From an uncultured virus (IMG/VR IMGVR_UViG_3300033074_001205) (lineage: Duplodnaviria; Heunggongvirae; Uroviricota; Caudoviricetes): a DNA stretch of 64,000 nt. Shown in pieces: positions 39,201 to 47,965 of this stretch. Every line of letters starts with the position of its first letter. The first letter of the stretch is position 1. Made by a program: the position numbers and the translations under genes. The stretch is taken from IMG/VR virus record IMGVR_UViG_3300033074_001205. One strand, given 5' to 3'. The notes beneath the pieces were generated by a model. It was not told the DNA's origin. It made no database searches and worked only from the letters and a program-made list of their open reading frames with translations.

Positions 39201-40578
39201 TCTAATTGTGGATGAGCTAAAGAATGTGTTAGGTGGATTAACTGAACAAGAAAAAGTTGTAAGGGTTAATATTGTAGATGGGTTAGGTGCACTGCTTGGA
39301 TTAAATTCTGAACAGATTTCCCAACTTAAAGTTGTAGCTAGTGATGGTAAAATTACCAATGCTGAGTTGGCTTCAATAGGTACTTTATCTACTAATCAAT
39401 TAATGGAACTAATGTCCGTATCTACTCAAGTAGATAATGGAATTAAAGTAACTGATGCTCAAATTCAAGGACTTACAACAGTATCTATGGAACAAAAAGC
39501 AGCATTAGTAAAAGCTAATAGTGATGGTATTATTACTAATGCTGAGTTAAAATCTATAAATAGTCTAACTCAGACTCAAAAAGATGGTATATTAGAGTTT
39601 GCTAATAATAGTAATTATATATCTACTGAGGGAACATTATCTGACTTAGTAACTTATTCTAAACTACAACTTGATGCTTATAGACAAGGTTTAGCTGAAG
39701 AAACAGTAGGGTTATCTAAACAAACACTTACTTATGGGGATTATGTAGGAAAGCAAGAACAGATTGATATTGCTAAGACTTTAGGGGTAAGTTATGAAAC
39801 GGCTAAACCTTTAGTGGAGAAGTTACAGGCATTAAGTGTAAGTAAAAATGCAACAGCAGATATATTGAACATGGGTGGATTTAATGGGGAAACTTTTACA
39901 AACACTTCAGTAGTATCTCAACTAAAAGCATTAGCTCCGTATTCAGATATAAATATCTCTGGTGTTATAGATAGTTATACAACATCTGGATTAGCTAAGC
40001 AACAAGCTAGACTAGCTGAGGAAAAGAGAGCATCTGAGGCTAAGGCACTTTTTGAGTCAAATAGAGCTACTTGGCAAAATTCATACAATAGTACATTAGC
40101 TACATTTGAAGCTGAAAAAAATGCGTATCTTACAGAAATGGCACCAGCAAGAGCTCATTGGGGAATTGTGGAACCAGATTGGTCACAAGGTAAATCAATG
40201 TGGACTTATAGAGGTGCTGTATCAAGTGGACATTACAATCCAACACAAAACTGGAATGACTCTTTAAATGCGTATAATCAGGTACAAAACCTATTACGGG
40301 AAAAAGCTCTTAAAGGATATTCTTCTGGAGGTTACACAGGTGATGGAGGAAAATATGAACCAGCTGGGATTGTTCACAGAGGAGAGTATGTTGTAAACTC
40401 AGAAACAACTCGTGACTTAGGTTTGAACAATAACTCTGGTGGAGTTTTCACAGAAATTGTTGCAGAACTTAAACAAATCAAGAAAGAAAATAGTGATATG
40501 AAGTTATTGATGGTTAAACTAACTGCGGATAATTCAAAAATGTTAACAATAGATAGAGCTACTTATGCTAGTAAATAG
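33271..40578 (+). CDS. Tail tape measure protein (2435 aa)
   Basis: Very long helical ORF after the chaperones; TP901-like core; C-terminal GGYTGDGGKYEPAGIVHRGEYVV as in lambda gpH-like proteins. Confidence 0.93.
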   Translation: MANTNVVEEIAFSAAVETTKADETLKLLLNKLIQIENKLLDISKKPIKFGGGIAGVVTDIGKVQTAINNINNQLNTNNTSWSTAISLVKDYGKNIYEIGNKTEILSKQINASNKKYLTEVQKTAVKTKSVIEDMTKTSPMLQSMNKYYSDLEKSSTKVSEAEYKTRLKNVNDFVTKYEQVSQNYGKTMLNSRKALIEDMTKTSPMLQSMNKYYSDLEKQGSSLNKNALEEQIATAKIALYRNSEATALNTSVGRAQLKYRQLQAELNILKKAEQTEENIARIKKVQNLASAQRTTIDVANLKQAELNQREADYNNVMSVHSAKRALGYTALFASIGLVTSAFAKGIASVIEYDKAIYQFQAVLDATPAKAKILENTLQGLSIQYGEQLGNLNKVALELGRAGVGYDKLGQATKIVTQLAILTGDTIESSTGALVTYLQVFGSDNFGRVSLNVQELGAKLAFLANSSKLSTEDINTFSNYALASAKAVGMTIDQVNALAVALSNNGKAASSVGTNIRRFTEMLGDTNPKIQQFFQSIGVNQQTLQRQIAQGGSEGNKAFIGFIDTLGKYSKESISVSLNGADTLMRDTILSMANASEEIKKAFIGSIGVTSSEINKADKVTESFDRRMKSLANTITGTFHEMQPLLAGLAGILETIIKNWELAAVALGTYITATRYASLSLNILTGALSIATVGTVAFTSALLANPLIRTATLVATGIGAVTYGISEYASETDTATTETTKFSLSIDKAREAQKRREQERRASSESEQKALEEGKKKLQEYEAVRQNIDKISNQLSKTNDDRIKSHLQLALDSQKKKLDGLKTSLEQEGTLTVQATNKILKTFSQGDALKENIDLAKKLFDEPKTRETALKLVNGVKADLEKISKEVIPNLTKDVTNTDILNNWKDLGSKSGDEYFIGLLGLQGKIKILTTALNAELNTLVDKTDVESLRKSNEIKTEIESLNNLMGTVGNVSTVAVEATLDKKVNSLNKSAESAAEKASKELYRRLEAEKAIASLNLEISQYQEGSYGTALGQAQVAQQNLDFANKNLETAIQAKAEATEIAKLKRDISKAELESLKANDQANKQALEQKQSWEDIGLAWKQFQDSDTSPINEALETAQNNARKIQEQIDAGGLNSIDLEKKKQELLNAQLDIKKAQLAVEIESIELKANKELRALEAQSAVLERMSIIRDSMASTENASINNALKFADTLSSTANREITLQQDRIKLKEQYDKDVLDTSKNQDEVNKKYLHEDKLLKEKAKTSEIAGYGQIAGAIGAMFKQGSKEAEAFQRIQAGLAMVNAVNAVLMAGATMPTPANFASMATMAGLVTTVLANASIAFGGIGGTKTTTTKDAFSAMEANTGTGSTLGDTEKQSESITKAMEVLKDYAKPEYQTLLSMNKYLANISNSIGGVTSLLIQSGGFAFGEGFTATDSGWKNKVGGGTTSVVGLGVNAAMGAAASSATMGSIYAAAELFGTGATSALVGGINAGLSAGLSTAAMGALAGTGIGIVTMLADKFLLDGTISKGINSIVGGVFGKTKVSQDLTDSGIYFADELMKNAIESFNGSAYQTITTTTTKKSWFSKSTKKSVNSYFEDLDSETERQFSLVLSNIYNTVLASGDALDASASTLQNQLNNFVVSIGKVSLKDKTGDEIQEELTAIFGKISDDVAKATFPLLTPFQKVGEGLFTTLTRVATGMEEAEYYIERLGTSFQDLSYTDILNKQGDVGFEALLQSIIKTDEAVYGLDNNLVNIIGNLNSTAEELYGVYTALDGLRNILKFLKLDTDAVSYASIRGAGSAEALAQGMQSYIEGFLTESQQLALSTTQLQIEFNKLNIAMPTNKEAFTKLIESLDLSSEAGQELYGRLIILSESFASVADGVAESIKSLQDELSSSMQTGFDDFVAGIDALFASLQSNINKTQDLITKLTDKSAPESLTTSLIKYNQAFADYQSTGSQESLDALLKYGEQASDLGGNIPLIVDELKNVLGGLTEQEKVVRVNIVDGLGALLGLNSEQISQLKVVASDGKITNAELASIGTLSTNQLMELMSVSTQVDNGIKVTDAQIQGLTTVSMEQKAALVKANSDGIITNAELKSINSLTQTQKDGILEFANNSNYISTEGTLSDLVTYSKLQLDAYRQGLAEETVGLSKQTLTYGDYVGKQEQIDIAKTLGVSYETAKPLVEKLQALSVSKNATADILNMGGFNGETFTNTSVVSQLKALAPYSDINISGVIDSYTTSGLAKQQARLAEEKRASEAKALFESNRATWQNSYNSTLATFEAEKNAYLTEMAPARAHWGIVEPDWSQGKSMWTYRGAVSSGHYNPTQNWNDSLNAYNQVQNLLREKALKGYSSGGYTGDGGKYEPAGIVHRGEYVVNSETTRDLGLNNNSGGVFTEIVAELKQIKKENSDMKLLMVKLTADNSKMLTIDRATYASK
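33659..33924 (+). repeat. Exact 71-nt direct repeat inside the TMP gene
   Basis: 33659-33729 equals 33854-33924; encodes IEDMTKTSPMLQSMNKYYSDLEK twice. Confidence 0.93.
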
Positions 40579-40614
40579 GTGAGGTAGCTCTCACTTTAAA
40601 TTAAAGGAGAAATT

Positions 40615-40878
40615 ATGTCAAAACCAACCCATATAATAGAGTACTTAGGAGCAATGGTAGTAGAACCTAGAAAGCAATATTTATCAGCAGATGTCAAAAC
40701 CAAATACCCAACAGCAACTGTTATGAAAATGAAAACAGAAGGAATCAAAGTAACAGTTGATGGTTCAGATATGTTTCCTGTATCTTATGATGATGAATCT
40801 TATATAACTACTGGGCGAACATTTATGTTTAGTGACGCTTGTACAATAGCTATAGGTAGATATGTAGCAATAACTTAA
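40615..40878 (+). CDS. Small tail-module protein
   Basis: 87 aa with AAGGAG RBS; follows TMP. Confidence 0.7.
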   Translation: MSKPTHIIEYLGAMVVEPRKQYLSADVKTKYPTATVMKMKTEGIKVTVDGSDMFPVSYDDESYITTGRTFMFSDACTIAIGRYVAIT

Positions 40879-40888
40879 AAGGAAATAT

Positions 40889-41812
40889 ATGCAATATATA
40901 AAACAAGAACTTACAGAATTTACTTCTACAAATCTTACTGATAGTTATCCTGATTGGAGTCCCACCACAACTTATATAGTTGAACCTGATAATGCTTTAA
41001 CAAGTGCTTCTGTTGCAAGATATGGTTCATACTATTATAGAAGTGTTACTTCAACTAATTTAAACTTTAATCCAAACACTTATTCTGATATTAAATGGGT
41101 AAAACATGCAGTTTCTAATAAATATGCTATGTTAGATATGAGTTCAAATTCTAAATCAGTAGTTGAGGGGGGAGATTTAACAGTAACTTTCTTACAAAAT
41201 CAATCTTCTGTAATTGGAATAGGAAATTATGAGGCAGATTATATAACAATAGATATTTTAGCACCAGATGGAACTACTGTATTATGGACTTATAATACTC
41301 CTTCAAATATTAATGCAAATGTTTATGATTATTATGATTATATATACGAACCCTATAATCTTGACCAAGACTTTACTACAAAAGTAAACCTACCAATACA
41401 AGGTAGGTATGTTAGATTAACTTTTCACAAACTATTAATTACAAATAGGTCGGCTTGTGGTTATTTAATAGTAGGAAATCCAGTGGATATGGGTATGAGT
41501 TTGATGCAACCTAAGTTCGGATATAACTCACTAACAACAAAAGATATATCTTCATTTGGAAACCTTGATATAAATAAGTCATTCATTCAAGACATAGTGG
41601 ATTTTGAGACAGTTATTGCTTCAGGTTATTTACCAAGAATGAGAAGAGAGCTTAAAAAGATTTATGATGAAATTGTATTATTTATAATTGATGAGAGAGA
41701 TGTTTCTGAGTATGAAAACTTAATGACTCTTGGGGTGATTCAAGATGCAAGTGTAGTTTTAGAGAATAATGTTGAGAGTGTTATATCATTTAGTGTGGTA
41801 GAAGCTCTTTAG
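40889..41812 (+). CDS. Tail tip / distal-tail-like structural protein
   Basis: 307 aa, beta-rich; N-terminal DWSPTTTY...YYYRS...W carbohydrate-binding-like motif; position. Confidence 0.6.
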   Translation: MQYIKQELTEFTSTNLTDSYPDWSPTTTYIVEPDNALTSASVARYGSYYYRSVTSTNLNFNPNTYSDIKWVKHAVSNKYAMLDMSSNSKSVVEGGDLTVTFLQNQSSVIGIGNYEADYITIDILAPDGTTVLWTYNTPSNINANVYDYYDYIYEPYNLDQDFTTKVNLPIQGRYVRLTFHKLLITNRSACGYLIVGNPVDMGMSLMQPKFGYNSLTTKDISSFGNLDINKSFIQDIVDFETVIASGYLPRMRRELKKIYDEIVLFIIDERDVSEYENLMTLGVIQDASVVLENNVESVISFSVVEAL

Positions 41813-41842
41813 GATTTTATTAAAATATTATAGGAGAAATAA

Positions 41843-43351
41843 ATGCCAATAAATAGTATAACACAGACAATTAGTACGCTTCCTGAAGCGGGACATCGCG
41901 GTGTTGATGTACAGACTCAGTTTGTAATTAAACAGGAGGATTTTCAAGACCATTTACAGGGTACAACTGTAACTGAACTTAATACATTAAAAGACCAACT
42001 TAATTCAAGAATTGGTGAAATAAATTCAACAACAACAACTATGAATGGGTACGCTAATACAGCTTCAGCAGGAGCTTCAACAGCAACAACTAAAGCAGGA
42101 GAAGCTTCAATAAGTGCCTCAGATGCGTTATCTTATAAGAATCAAGCTGAGACTTTTAAAAATAATGCCTCAGCTAGTGCTACAAAAGCTAGTCAGTGGG
42201 CTGATAATAATTATAATGTTGAAGTAGAAACTGGTAAATATAGTGCTAAGCATTGGTCAACAGTTGCACAAAATGCTACAGCTAATAAAGTTGATAAAGT
42301 TACAAGTACAGATAATGCTATTGTTAGGTTTGATGGTGTTACTGGTCAAGTACAGAATAGTAGTATTATTATAGATGATAATGGTAATGTTGGTATTGGG
42401 ACAAGTAGTCCAATATCTAGACTAAATATAGTAACTACTGGTATAACTCCTACTGCAATAAAACAAGGAGCTTATAATACTGTTTCAAATTCAGATAGTA
42501 TTGTAGCCGTTAGCGAAAATTTAGGTTCAAGCGGTGATGGAAATCTTACTTTCGGAGGGAGATTTGGAGCTTCGTTTAGAGGAAGTGGTACAGGTGGTAT
42601 TTCATCAGGTACAAGTATAGGGTACTATGCTTTTGGTGGTCAGTATGGAAATGATGATACATACCAGCCTACGAAAAACCTATATGCAGCGTCAATAGTG
42701 GGTATAGCAGAGAATGTATTTTCATCTACAACAAATATGCCAACTGCTATATCATTTAGGACTGGTTCTGTGGGAAAATCATTAGACACAGTAAATACTA
42801 CATATGGTACTGAAAGAATGAGGATTGATTCAGCAGGAAAAGTGTCAATAGGAACTGGTGGAAATTCTAGTTATGGTTTGCTAGGCGTAAATGGTCAATT
42901 AGGGGTAAATTGTAGTTCATTAGATGTTATATCTGCTAGAGGGTTACAGTTTTTTATAGATGGAAATAAGCATGGTAATCTTTCTGTTGATAATTATGAT
43001 AATTTATTATATATAGGTAACGGAATTGGCTATGGAACTGGAGCAGGTGGAACAGTCACGCAATTAACAAGTAAAAGTACAACAGTAACTCTGAATAAAC
43101 CAACTGGGCAGATAATAATGAATAATGCAGCTTTAGCTGCAGGAACTGAAGTAGAGTTTGTATTTTATAATTCACTTATTGGGTATAATGATAATATTTA
43201 TATTACAGTAGTTAGTAATGGAAATTATAAAGTAAAAAATACATCTGGTTCACTAGGATTTACATATGTTAGGGTAAAAAATGAGACAGCTGGGAGTTTA
43301 TCTGATGCAGTTCAACTTATATTTTCACTTATAAAAGGAGCAAATTCGTAA
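41843..43351 (+). CDS. Tail fibre / receptor-binding protein
   Basis: Ala/Ser coiled coil, YSAKHW, DNAIVRFDG, GNVGIGT, ERMRIDSAG, C-terminal GAGGTVTQLTSK domain. Confidence 0.85.
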   Translation: MPINSITQTISTLPEAGHRGVDVQTQFVIKQEDFQDHLQGTTVTELNTLKDQLNSRIGEINSTTTTMNGYANTASAGASTATTKAGEASISASDALSYKNQAETFKNNASASATKASQWADNNYNVEVETGKYSAKHWSTVAQNATANKVDKVTSTDNAIVRFDGVTGQVQNSSIIIDDNGNVGIGTSSPISRLNIVTTGITPTAIKQGAYNTVSNSDSIVAVSENLGSSGDGNLTFGGRFGASFRGSGTGGISSGTSIGYYAFGGQYGNDDTYQPTKNLYAASIVGIAENVFSSTTNMPTAISFRTGSVGKSLDTVNTTYGTERMRIDSAGKVSIGTGGNSSYGLLGVNGQLGVNCSSLDVISARGLQFFIDGNKHGNLSVDNYDNLLYIGNGIGYGTGAGGTVTQLTSKSTTVTLNKPTGQIIMNNAALAAGTEVEFVFYNSLIGYNDNIYITVVSNGNYKVKNTSGSLGFTYVRVKNETAGSLSDAVQLIFSLIKGANS

Positions 43352-43782
43352 TGAAAAAGTTAATATTAGTATTAGACCAAACTAATTGGCTAGAAGCAAC
43401 TTGGGTAGAAGAAATAGTTACTCAAGTTGAAGATGGGGAGGATATAGTAGAAGCTACTCAAGTATGGTGTGAGTCATTCAGTGGGCATCCAGAACATATT
43501 GCTATGCTAAGAGCAAAAGCTCTTGAGTTCGAAACTGAACTAAGTGAGTATGAGGAACTAATAGCTGAATGTGAGAGTAACTTCGTAGCTCCAACAGAAG
43601 AAGAAATTCAAGCTGAGATAACAGCTAATTTAGTACAAGAAGCTAAAAATTACTTAGCTAGTACAGACTATAAGATGACTGTTGATTACTTTGCTACTTT
43701 AAGCAAAGAAGAGCAAGATTCTCTTGTAAAAGAAAGAGCAGAAAAAAGAGAATTTGTAAGATTAAACGAGGGAGCTAAATAA
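43351..43782 (+). CDS. Tail fibre assembly-like protein
   Basis: Follows the fibre gene; EAKNYLASTDY...RAEKRE motif. Confidence 0.7.
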   Translation: MKKLILVLDQTNWLEATWVEEIVTQVEDGEDIVEATQVWCESFSGHPEHIAMLRAKALEFETELSEYEELIAECESNFVAPTEEEIQAEITANLVQEAKNYLASTDYKMTVDYFATLSKEEQDSLVKERAEKREFVRLNEGAK

Positions 43783-43949
43783 TGGCAAATAGTAGAATAT
43801 ACTTTAAAAGTGAAGCTGGAGGTACTACGGTAGTCTCTAGGGGCACAACAGCTACGAGTGGGAATTTTGATAGATTAGTGAAAGAAGTTCAAGATGAATT
43901 AATAGCTAAAAGAGCTGAAGCTAGAGAGTTTATACGAGGTAATAGCTAA
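43782..43949 (+). CDS. 55-aa ORF (not in track) whose C-terminus resembles that of the upstream gene
   Basis: TAATG-coupled on both sides; EVQDELIAKRAEAREFIR versus EEQDSLVKERAEKREFVR. Confidence 0.6.
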   Translation: MANSRIYFKSEAGGTTVVSRGTTATSGNFDRLVKEVQDELIAKRAEAREFIRGNS

Positions 43950-44653
43950 TGGAATACATACTAATAGTAGTAATAATAACACTTTGTGCTTTATGTAATA
44001 GACTTAGAGGTACTGGAGTGATAAAACACTTTGGAACTCTGAAAGTACTTGATAAAGAAATTGAGATTAAGTTTAATGGTAATCATCTGTATGGATTGTA
44101 TCTGACATTAGTTCTAGGATTATTTACCATGAATGCTTGGCTAGGATTAGCTATATTAGTAGCTTACTTAATAGGTGAAGCAAAAGGTTGGGGTGAGTGG
44201 GTTGGAAGTTTAACTAGACACGAGCCTTGGGACGAAGCTATGATTCAAAGGAACTACTTAGATGCTGAAGGGAAAACTTTCCCATTTATCCACCAAATAG
44301 CTAACTTTATAATCCCCGAAAAGATTAATGGCACATTTGAAGCAAGAGCAAAGCAATATAAACACTATGCAATCTTAGCCTTAGCTTTAAGGGGATTCTA
44401 TTGGTGGTCTTTTGTGTACTTCACTCTTGCAATATTTCAAGTCATACAGTACCAAGAAGCTTTAATTATAAGCATTTTACTAGGAGTCGCTTTCCCAATA
44501 GCCTGTGAAATAGGTAAAAGGCTTACATTTACAAAAACATATGATTTAAGCTTTATTAACTTAAATTTTAGTCAAGGCTGGGAAAATCAAGAAGTAGTTT
44601 ATGGGTTGTTTCAAGGAATTGCTCTTTGGTATACAATAATATTTTTAATCTAA
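43949..44653 (+). CDS. Polytopic membrane protein
   Basis: 234 aa, about 5-6 hydrophobic segments, NRLRG and GWGEW motifs. Confidence 0.75.
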   Translation: MEYILIVVIITLCALCNRLRGTGVIKHFGTLKVLDKEIEIKFNGNHLYGLYLTLVLGLFTMNAWLGLAILVAYLIGEAKGWGEWVGSLTRHEPWDEAMIQRNYLDAEGKTFPFIHQIANFIIPEKINGTFEARAKQYKHYAILALALRGFYWWSFVYFTLAIFQVIQYQEALIISILLGVAFPIACEIGKRLTFTKTYDLSFINLNFSQGWENQEVVYGLFQGIALWYTIIFLI

Positions 44654-44669
44654 AAAGGAATTTAGTGAG

Positions 44670-45017
44670 ATGACCGATAATGAGTTGATAGAAAAAGTAA
44701 TTAGGCACGACATTGAGTTTAAATCTCTAACAAAATCACTATTTGAACTCAGTGATAGTATGAAGCAACTTACGAGAGGACTTGAGCAGGTTATTGTTCT
44801 AAATGAGAGATTAGGCTCTATGGACACTAACTTAAAAGAATCTTTTAGTAGAGTTCATATAAGAGCTGATGAAGTTGAGAAAAAACTAAACACATTTATG
44901 ACTGATATGGAATTAGTTAGAATCTTGATTAAGTATCCTAAGCTAACAATGTGTGTGGTAATTGGACTGTATGTTATGGCATTTGATAGTGTTAGACAAT
45001 CCATATTTGGAGTATAG
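44670..45017 (+). CDS. Coiled-coil protein with C-terminal TM (holin/antiholin-like)
   Basis: Heptad pattern followed by one hydrophobic helix; lysis-region context. Confidence 0.55.
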   Translation: MTDNELIEKVIRHDIEFKSLTKSLFELSDSMKQLTRGLEQVIVLNERLGSMDTNLKESFSRVHIRADEVEKKLNTFMTDMELVRILIKYPKLTMCVVIGLYVMAFDSVRQSIFGV

Positions 45018-45028
45018 GGAGGATTAAT

Positions 45029-45544
45029 ATGATAGGGATAGGATTTATAGATGATTTAATAAGTGAAGTAGGGATGCCTTTGGTGAAAAAAGGCGTGAAA
45101 GCTCTAACTGGAATTGATTTAGAATCTAAAGAATTAACAACTGAGGACAAGCAAAAGATTATGGATTCTCAGATAGAAATTATGAGGATTGATTTTGAAA
45201 CATTAAAGCTTGAAAAGGAAACTGTTTTAGAGAATAAAAGATTGGATATACAGAACACAAATAATGCACAAGTAATGAATACACAAATTCAAGCAAGTGA
45301 ATTTAGCTCAAAACTTGCGAAGAATACTGCATACATTATTGACTTAGTTTTAGTGTTATCTCTTGTGGTATTAGTTTTCTGCTTATTTATATTTAAGTTA
45401 CCTATTGAGAATAAGGAGTTAGCTTATACAATGTTTGGAAGCTTTTTAATGTATGTGGGGACTGTGATAAATTTCCATAGAGGTAGCTCTAAAGGAAGTA
45501 ATGAAAAGCAAGAGCTTATTAATCAAATTAAAGGGAAATTATGA
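45029..45544 (+). CDS. Probable holin
   Basis: Amphipathic N-terminus, coiled coil, two TM helices, NFHRGSS (FxFGSS-like). Confidence 0.65.
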   Translation: MIGIGFIDDLISEVGMPLVKKGVKALTGIDLESKELTTEDKQKIMDSQIEIMRIDFETLKLEKETVLENKRLDIQNTNNAQVMNTQIQASEFSSKLAKNTAYIIDLVLVLSLVVLVFCLFIFKLPIENKELAYTMFGSFLMYVGTVINFHRGSSKGSNEKQELINQIKGKL

Positions 45545-45882
45545 TAAAACTTGACCCTATAAAAATTGGGGATTCAATTATATGGAAAATGAAGTTAAAA
45601 AATGCAGATAACACTGCTGTAAATTTAACTGGGTTTCTTATAGATATTGATGCTTATAACAAGACAAATAATGCACAACTCTTTAATATTACAAGTTCAA
45701 CTGGAACAACTAATATGTATATTTCTGAAACAAACTTAGTCTTAGGTGAATACAGTGTTGTGATAAAAGACACAGCAACATTCCCAGCAGGTGATTATTT
45801 GGTAGATGTAGAATATACAAGTGTGGATGGCTTTAAAAGGTCAACTCCAACATTTCAGATAAAGATGGTTGAAAGGTTATAA
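45541..45882 (+). CDS. BppU-N / Ig-like virion structural protein
   Basis: IKIGDS...AVNLTG...DTATFPAGDYLVDVE. Confidence 0.6.
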   Translation: MIKLDPIKIGDSIIWKMKLKNADNTAVNLTGFLIDIDAYNKTNNAQLFNITSSTGTTNMYISETNLVLGEYSVVIKDTATFPAGDYLVDVEYTSVDGFKRSTPTFQIKMVERL

Positions 45883-45883
45883 T

Positions 45884-46210
45884 ATGGCAGATTCTATAAC
45901 AACACTTCAGCCAGACAATACTTTAGTAACTTTCATACAAAATACTGAGCCTTTAATTGGTGTTATAGAGCCTGATGTAGATATTATAAACATAACTACT
46001 GAAAGCACCTTAATAGAGTTTACAACTTTAGGCACACAAGGTATGGTTGGAGCTAAAGGAGAAAAGGGCGATAAAGGGGATAAAGGGGATATTGGAAATC
46101 CTCTTGAGTTTGAATTACTTACTGAACAACAGAAGTTAGAGTTAAGAGGTGATGTAGGGGATACATCTGTAAATTATGCGAATCTATTTTATGATTCGCT
46201 ATTGAGTTAA
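45884..46210 (+). CDS. Short collagen-like virion protein
   Basis: GTQGMVGAKGEKGDKGDKGDIG then FELLTEQQKLELRG. Confidence 0.75.
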   Translation: MADSITTLQPDNTLVTFIQNTEPLIGVIEPDVDIINITTESTLIEFTTLGTQGMVGAKGEKGDKGDKGDIGNPLEFELLTEQQKLELRGDVGDTSVNYANLFYDSLLS

Positions 46211-46219
46211 GGAGATTAA

Positions 46220-46747
46220 ATGAGTTTAGATTCAAATTTACAGAGTGCTTTTACTGCTGTAGGTACTGCTGTTAAAAGTAAGATAAGTTCAAGTGAAAAA
46301 GGTGTAGCTAATGGGGTTGCAACATTAGATGGAACAGGTAAGATTCCTAGTGCACAGTTACCAAGTTATGTTGATGATGTTGTTGAATATGCTACTTTTG
46401 CATCATTCCCCGCAACAGGTTCTGCTGGGATTCTTTATATAGATTTAGCAACAAATAAACAATATAGATGGGGTGGGAGTGCTTATGCTAAAATCACTTC
46501 AGGAGCTGTTGATAGTGTTGCTGGTAAAACTGGAGTTATAACTTTAGGTACAGCAGATATTACTGGATTAGATACAGCATTAGGTGGTAAAGCATTAGCT
46601 ACACATTCACACATTATTTCTGATGTAACTGGACTACAAACTGCTTTAGATGCTAAGGCTACAGCTTCTTCAGTAACTACACTAAGTACAAATGTAGGTG
46701 CTACTGATACAAACTATGTGACGGTGTTTAACGCTGCCTTAGTATAG
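46220..46747 (+). CDS. Fibre / head-fibre-like protein
   Basis: KGVANGVATLDGTGKIPSAQLP, VDSVAGKTG, HSHIISDVTGLQTALD. Confidence 0.75.
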   Translation: MSLDSNLQSAFTAVGTAVKSKISSSEKGVANGVATLDGTGKIPSAQLPSYVDDVVEYATFASFPATGSAGILYIDLATNKQYRWGGSAYAKITSGAVDSVAGKTGVITLGTADITGLDTALGGKALATHSHIISDVTGLQTALDAKATASSVTTLSTNVGATDTNYVTVFNAALV

Positions 46748-46756
46748 GAGTCTATT

Positions 46757-47275
46757 TTGGATTTAGTATCAAGAATATCGGAAGTAATTACTGCAATAGG
46801 TGTTGCAGTAAAAGGGAAGCAAGACAAAAGTATTAATAAAATATTAAGTATGGATGTAACACTAAATACAACTACCTTAGTTCCTTTATCAGATTTTAAT
46901 GTAACCCTCCTACCCAATAAAGTGTATCAGATAGTGGCATATATCCCCTTCGTCCATAGTACCTCTGGGGCTGTATGTAATATAGGCTATGCCACCCCTT
47001 CTGATGCTATATCATTTTTAGAAGTATTGACTCCTATTAATACAGGAAATTTGGCAGTATATGATTATTATTCATACCTATATAGTAGTAATACCCCTAT
47101 AACTGATGCTAAAGCGGGATATACTTTATTAACTAATGGGGACAATAACCCTTGTATAGTTAAAGGCATTATAAAAACTATTAGTGGTGGTACATTTAGT
47201 ATAAAAGTAGCAAGTGAGGATGGTACAGCGGTTGTAATAAAGCAAAATGCGACGTTAATACTAATCCCTAATTAA
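46757..47275 (+). CDS. Fibre tip-like protein
   Basis: N-terminus similar to the preceding gene (ITAIGVAVK versus FTAVGTAVK); beta-sandwich C-terminus. Confidence 0.6.
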   Translation: MDLVSRISEVITAIGVAVKGKQDKSINKILSMDVTLNTTTLVPLSDFNVTLLPNKVYQIVAYIPFVHSTSGAVCNIGYATPSDAISFLEVLTPINTGNLAVYDYYSYLYSSNTPITDAKAGYTLLTNGDNNPCIVKGIIKTISGGTFSIKVASEDGTAVVIKQNATLILIPN

Positions 47276-47295
47276 AATAAATTTAAAGGGAAATT

Positions 47296-47958
47296 ATGAA
47301 CAATAAAATACAAGAAAAACTTAGAGGAAAATATGGTGAGGATTATGTTAGAGCATTAGCCTTCACTTCAAGTGCTGAAGGTGCTTTTGCAAATAGAAAA
47401 GCTGATAAAGGTGGAATAACTTATAAAGGAATTTCACAAGTATATAATCCTAAATGGATTGGTTGGAATATTATAAACAGATATTTAGACAAGTATCCTG
47501 AGCTAAAGATTCCTTACGAAGGTAAACCCCCTGCAAGTATCCATAAATTAAACTTTGAGTTAAATGCTAATGAAGAGCTTGAAACACTTATTTATGATTT
47601 CTACTACGAAAATTATTGGAAGAAATGTGGTGCAGATAAGATTGGTGGCAACTCAGGGATTGTTTTATGGGATATTGCAGTGATTTCTGGTATTAAGAGG
47701 TCAGCTAAAACTTTACAAAGATTATTGAACAGAATTTTCAATCAGAAATTGTTGGTAGATGGTGTTGTAGGGTCAGTTACATTAGGAATTATGGCTGAAG
47801 TTATGAAAAAAGAAGGTGATGCTCGAGTTTGTGCTGAATTATTACATGAATATATGGATAATATTCTTGAGGCAGGGAAGCTTGAAGGTAATGAAGCTAA
47901 TATAGCGGGGTGGATTACTAGGGTTAATAACTTAAGAAACTATTTAAGAATAAACTAA
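47296..47958 (+). CDS. Endolysin, glycoside hydrolase family 108-like
   Basis: AEGAFANRKADKGGITYKGI, FYYENYW, VDGVVGSVT, GWITRV. Confidence 0.88.
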   Translation: MNNKIQEKLRGKYGEDYVRALAFTSSAEGAFANRKADKGGITYKGISQVYNPKWIGWNIINRYLDKYPELKIPYEGKPPASIHKLNFELNANEELETLIYDFYYENYWKKCGADKIGGNSGIVLWDIAVISGIKRSAKTLQRLLNRIFNQKLLVDGVVGSVTLGIMAEVMKKEGDARVCAELLHEYMDNILEAGKLEGNEANIAGWITRVNNLRNYLRIN

Positions 47959-47965
47959 AATTTAC

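Noticed and set aside
21990..39359. Minus-strand ORFs inside structural genes (e.g. 30892..31305, 37023..37409)
   Set aside because: They are antisense shadows of long, well-supported plus-strand genes and show no recognisable motifs.
41843..47275. Diversity-generating retroelement or invertible fibre cassette
   Set aside because: No RT, no TR/VR pair with adenine-specific mismatches and no invertase were seen.
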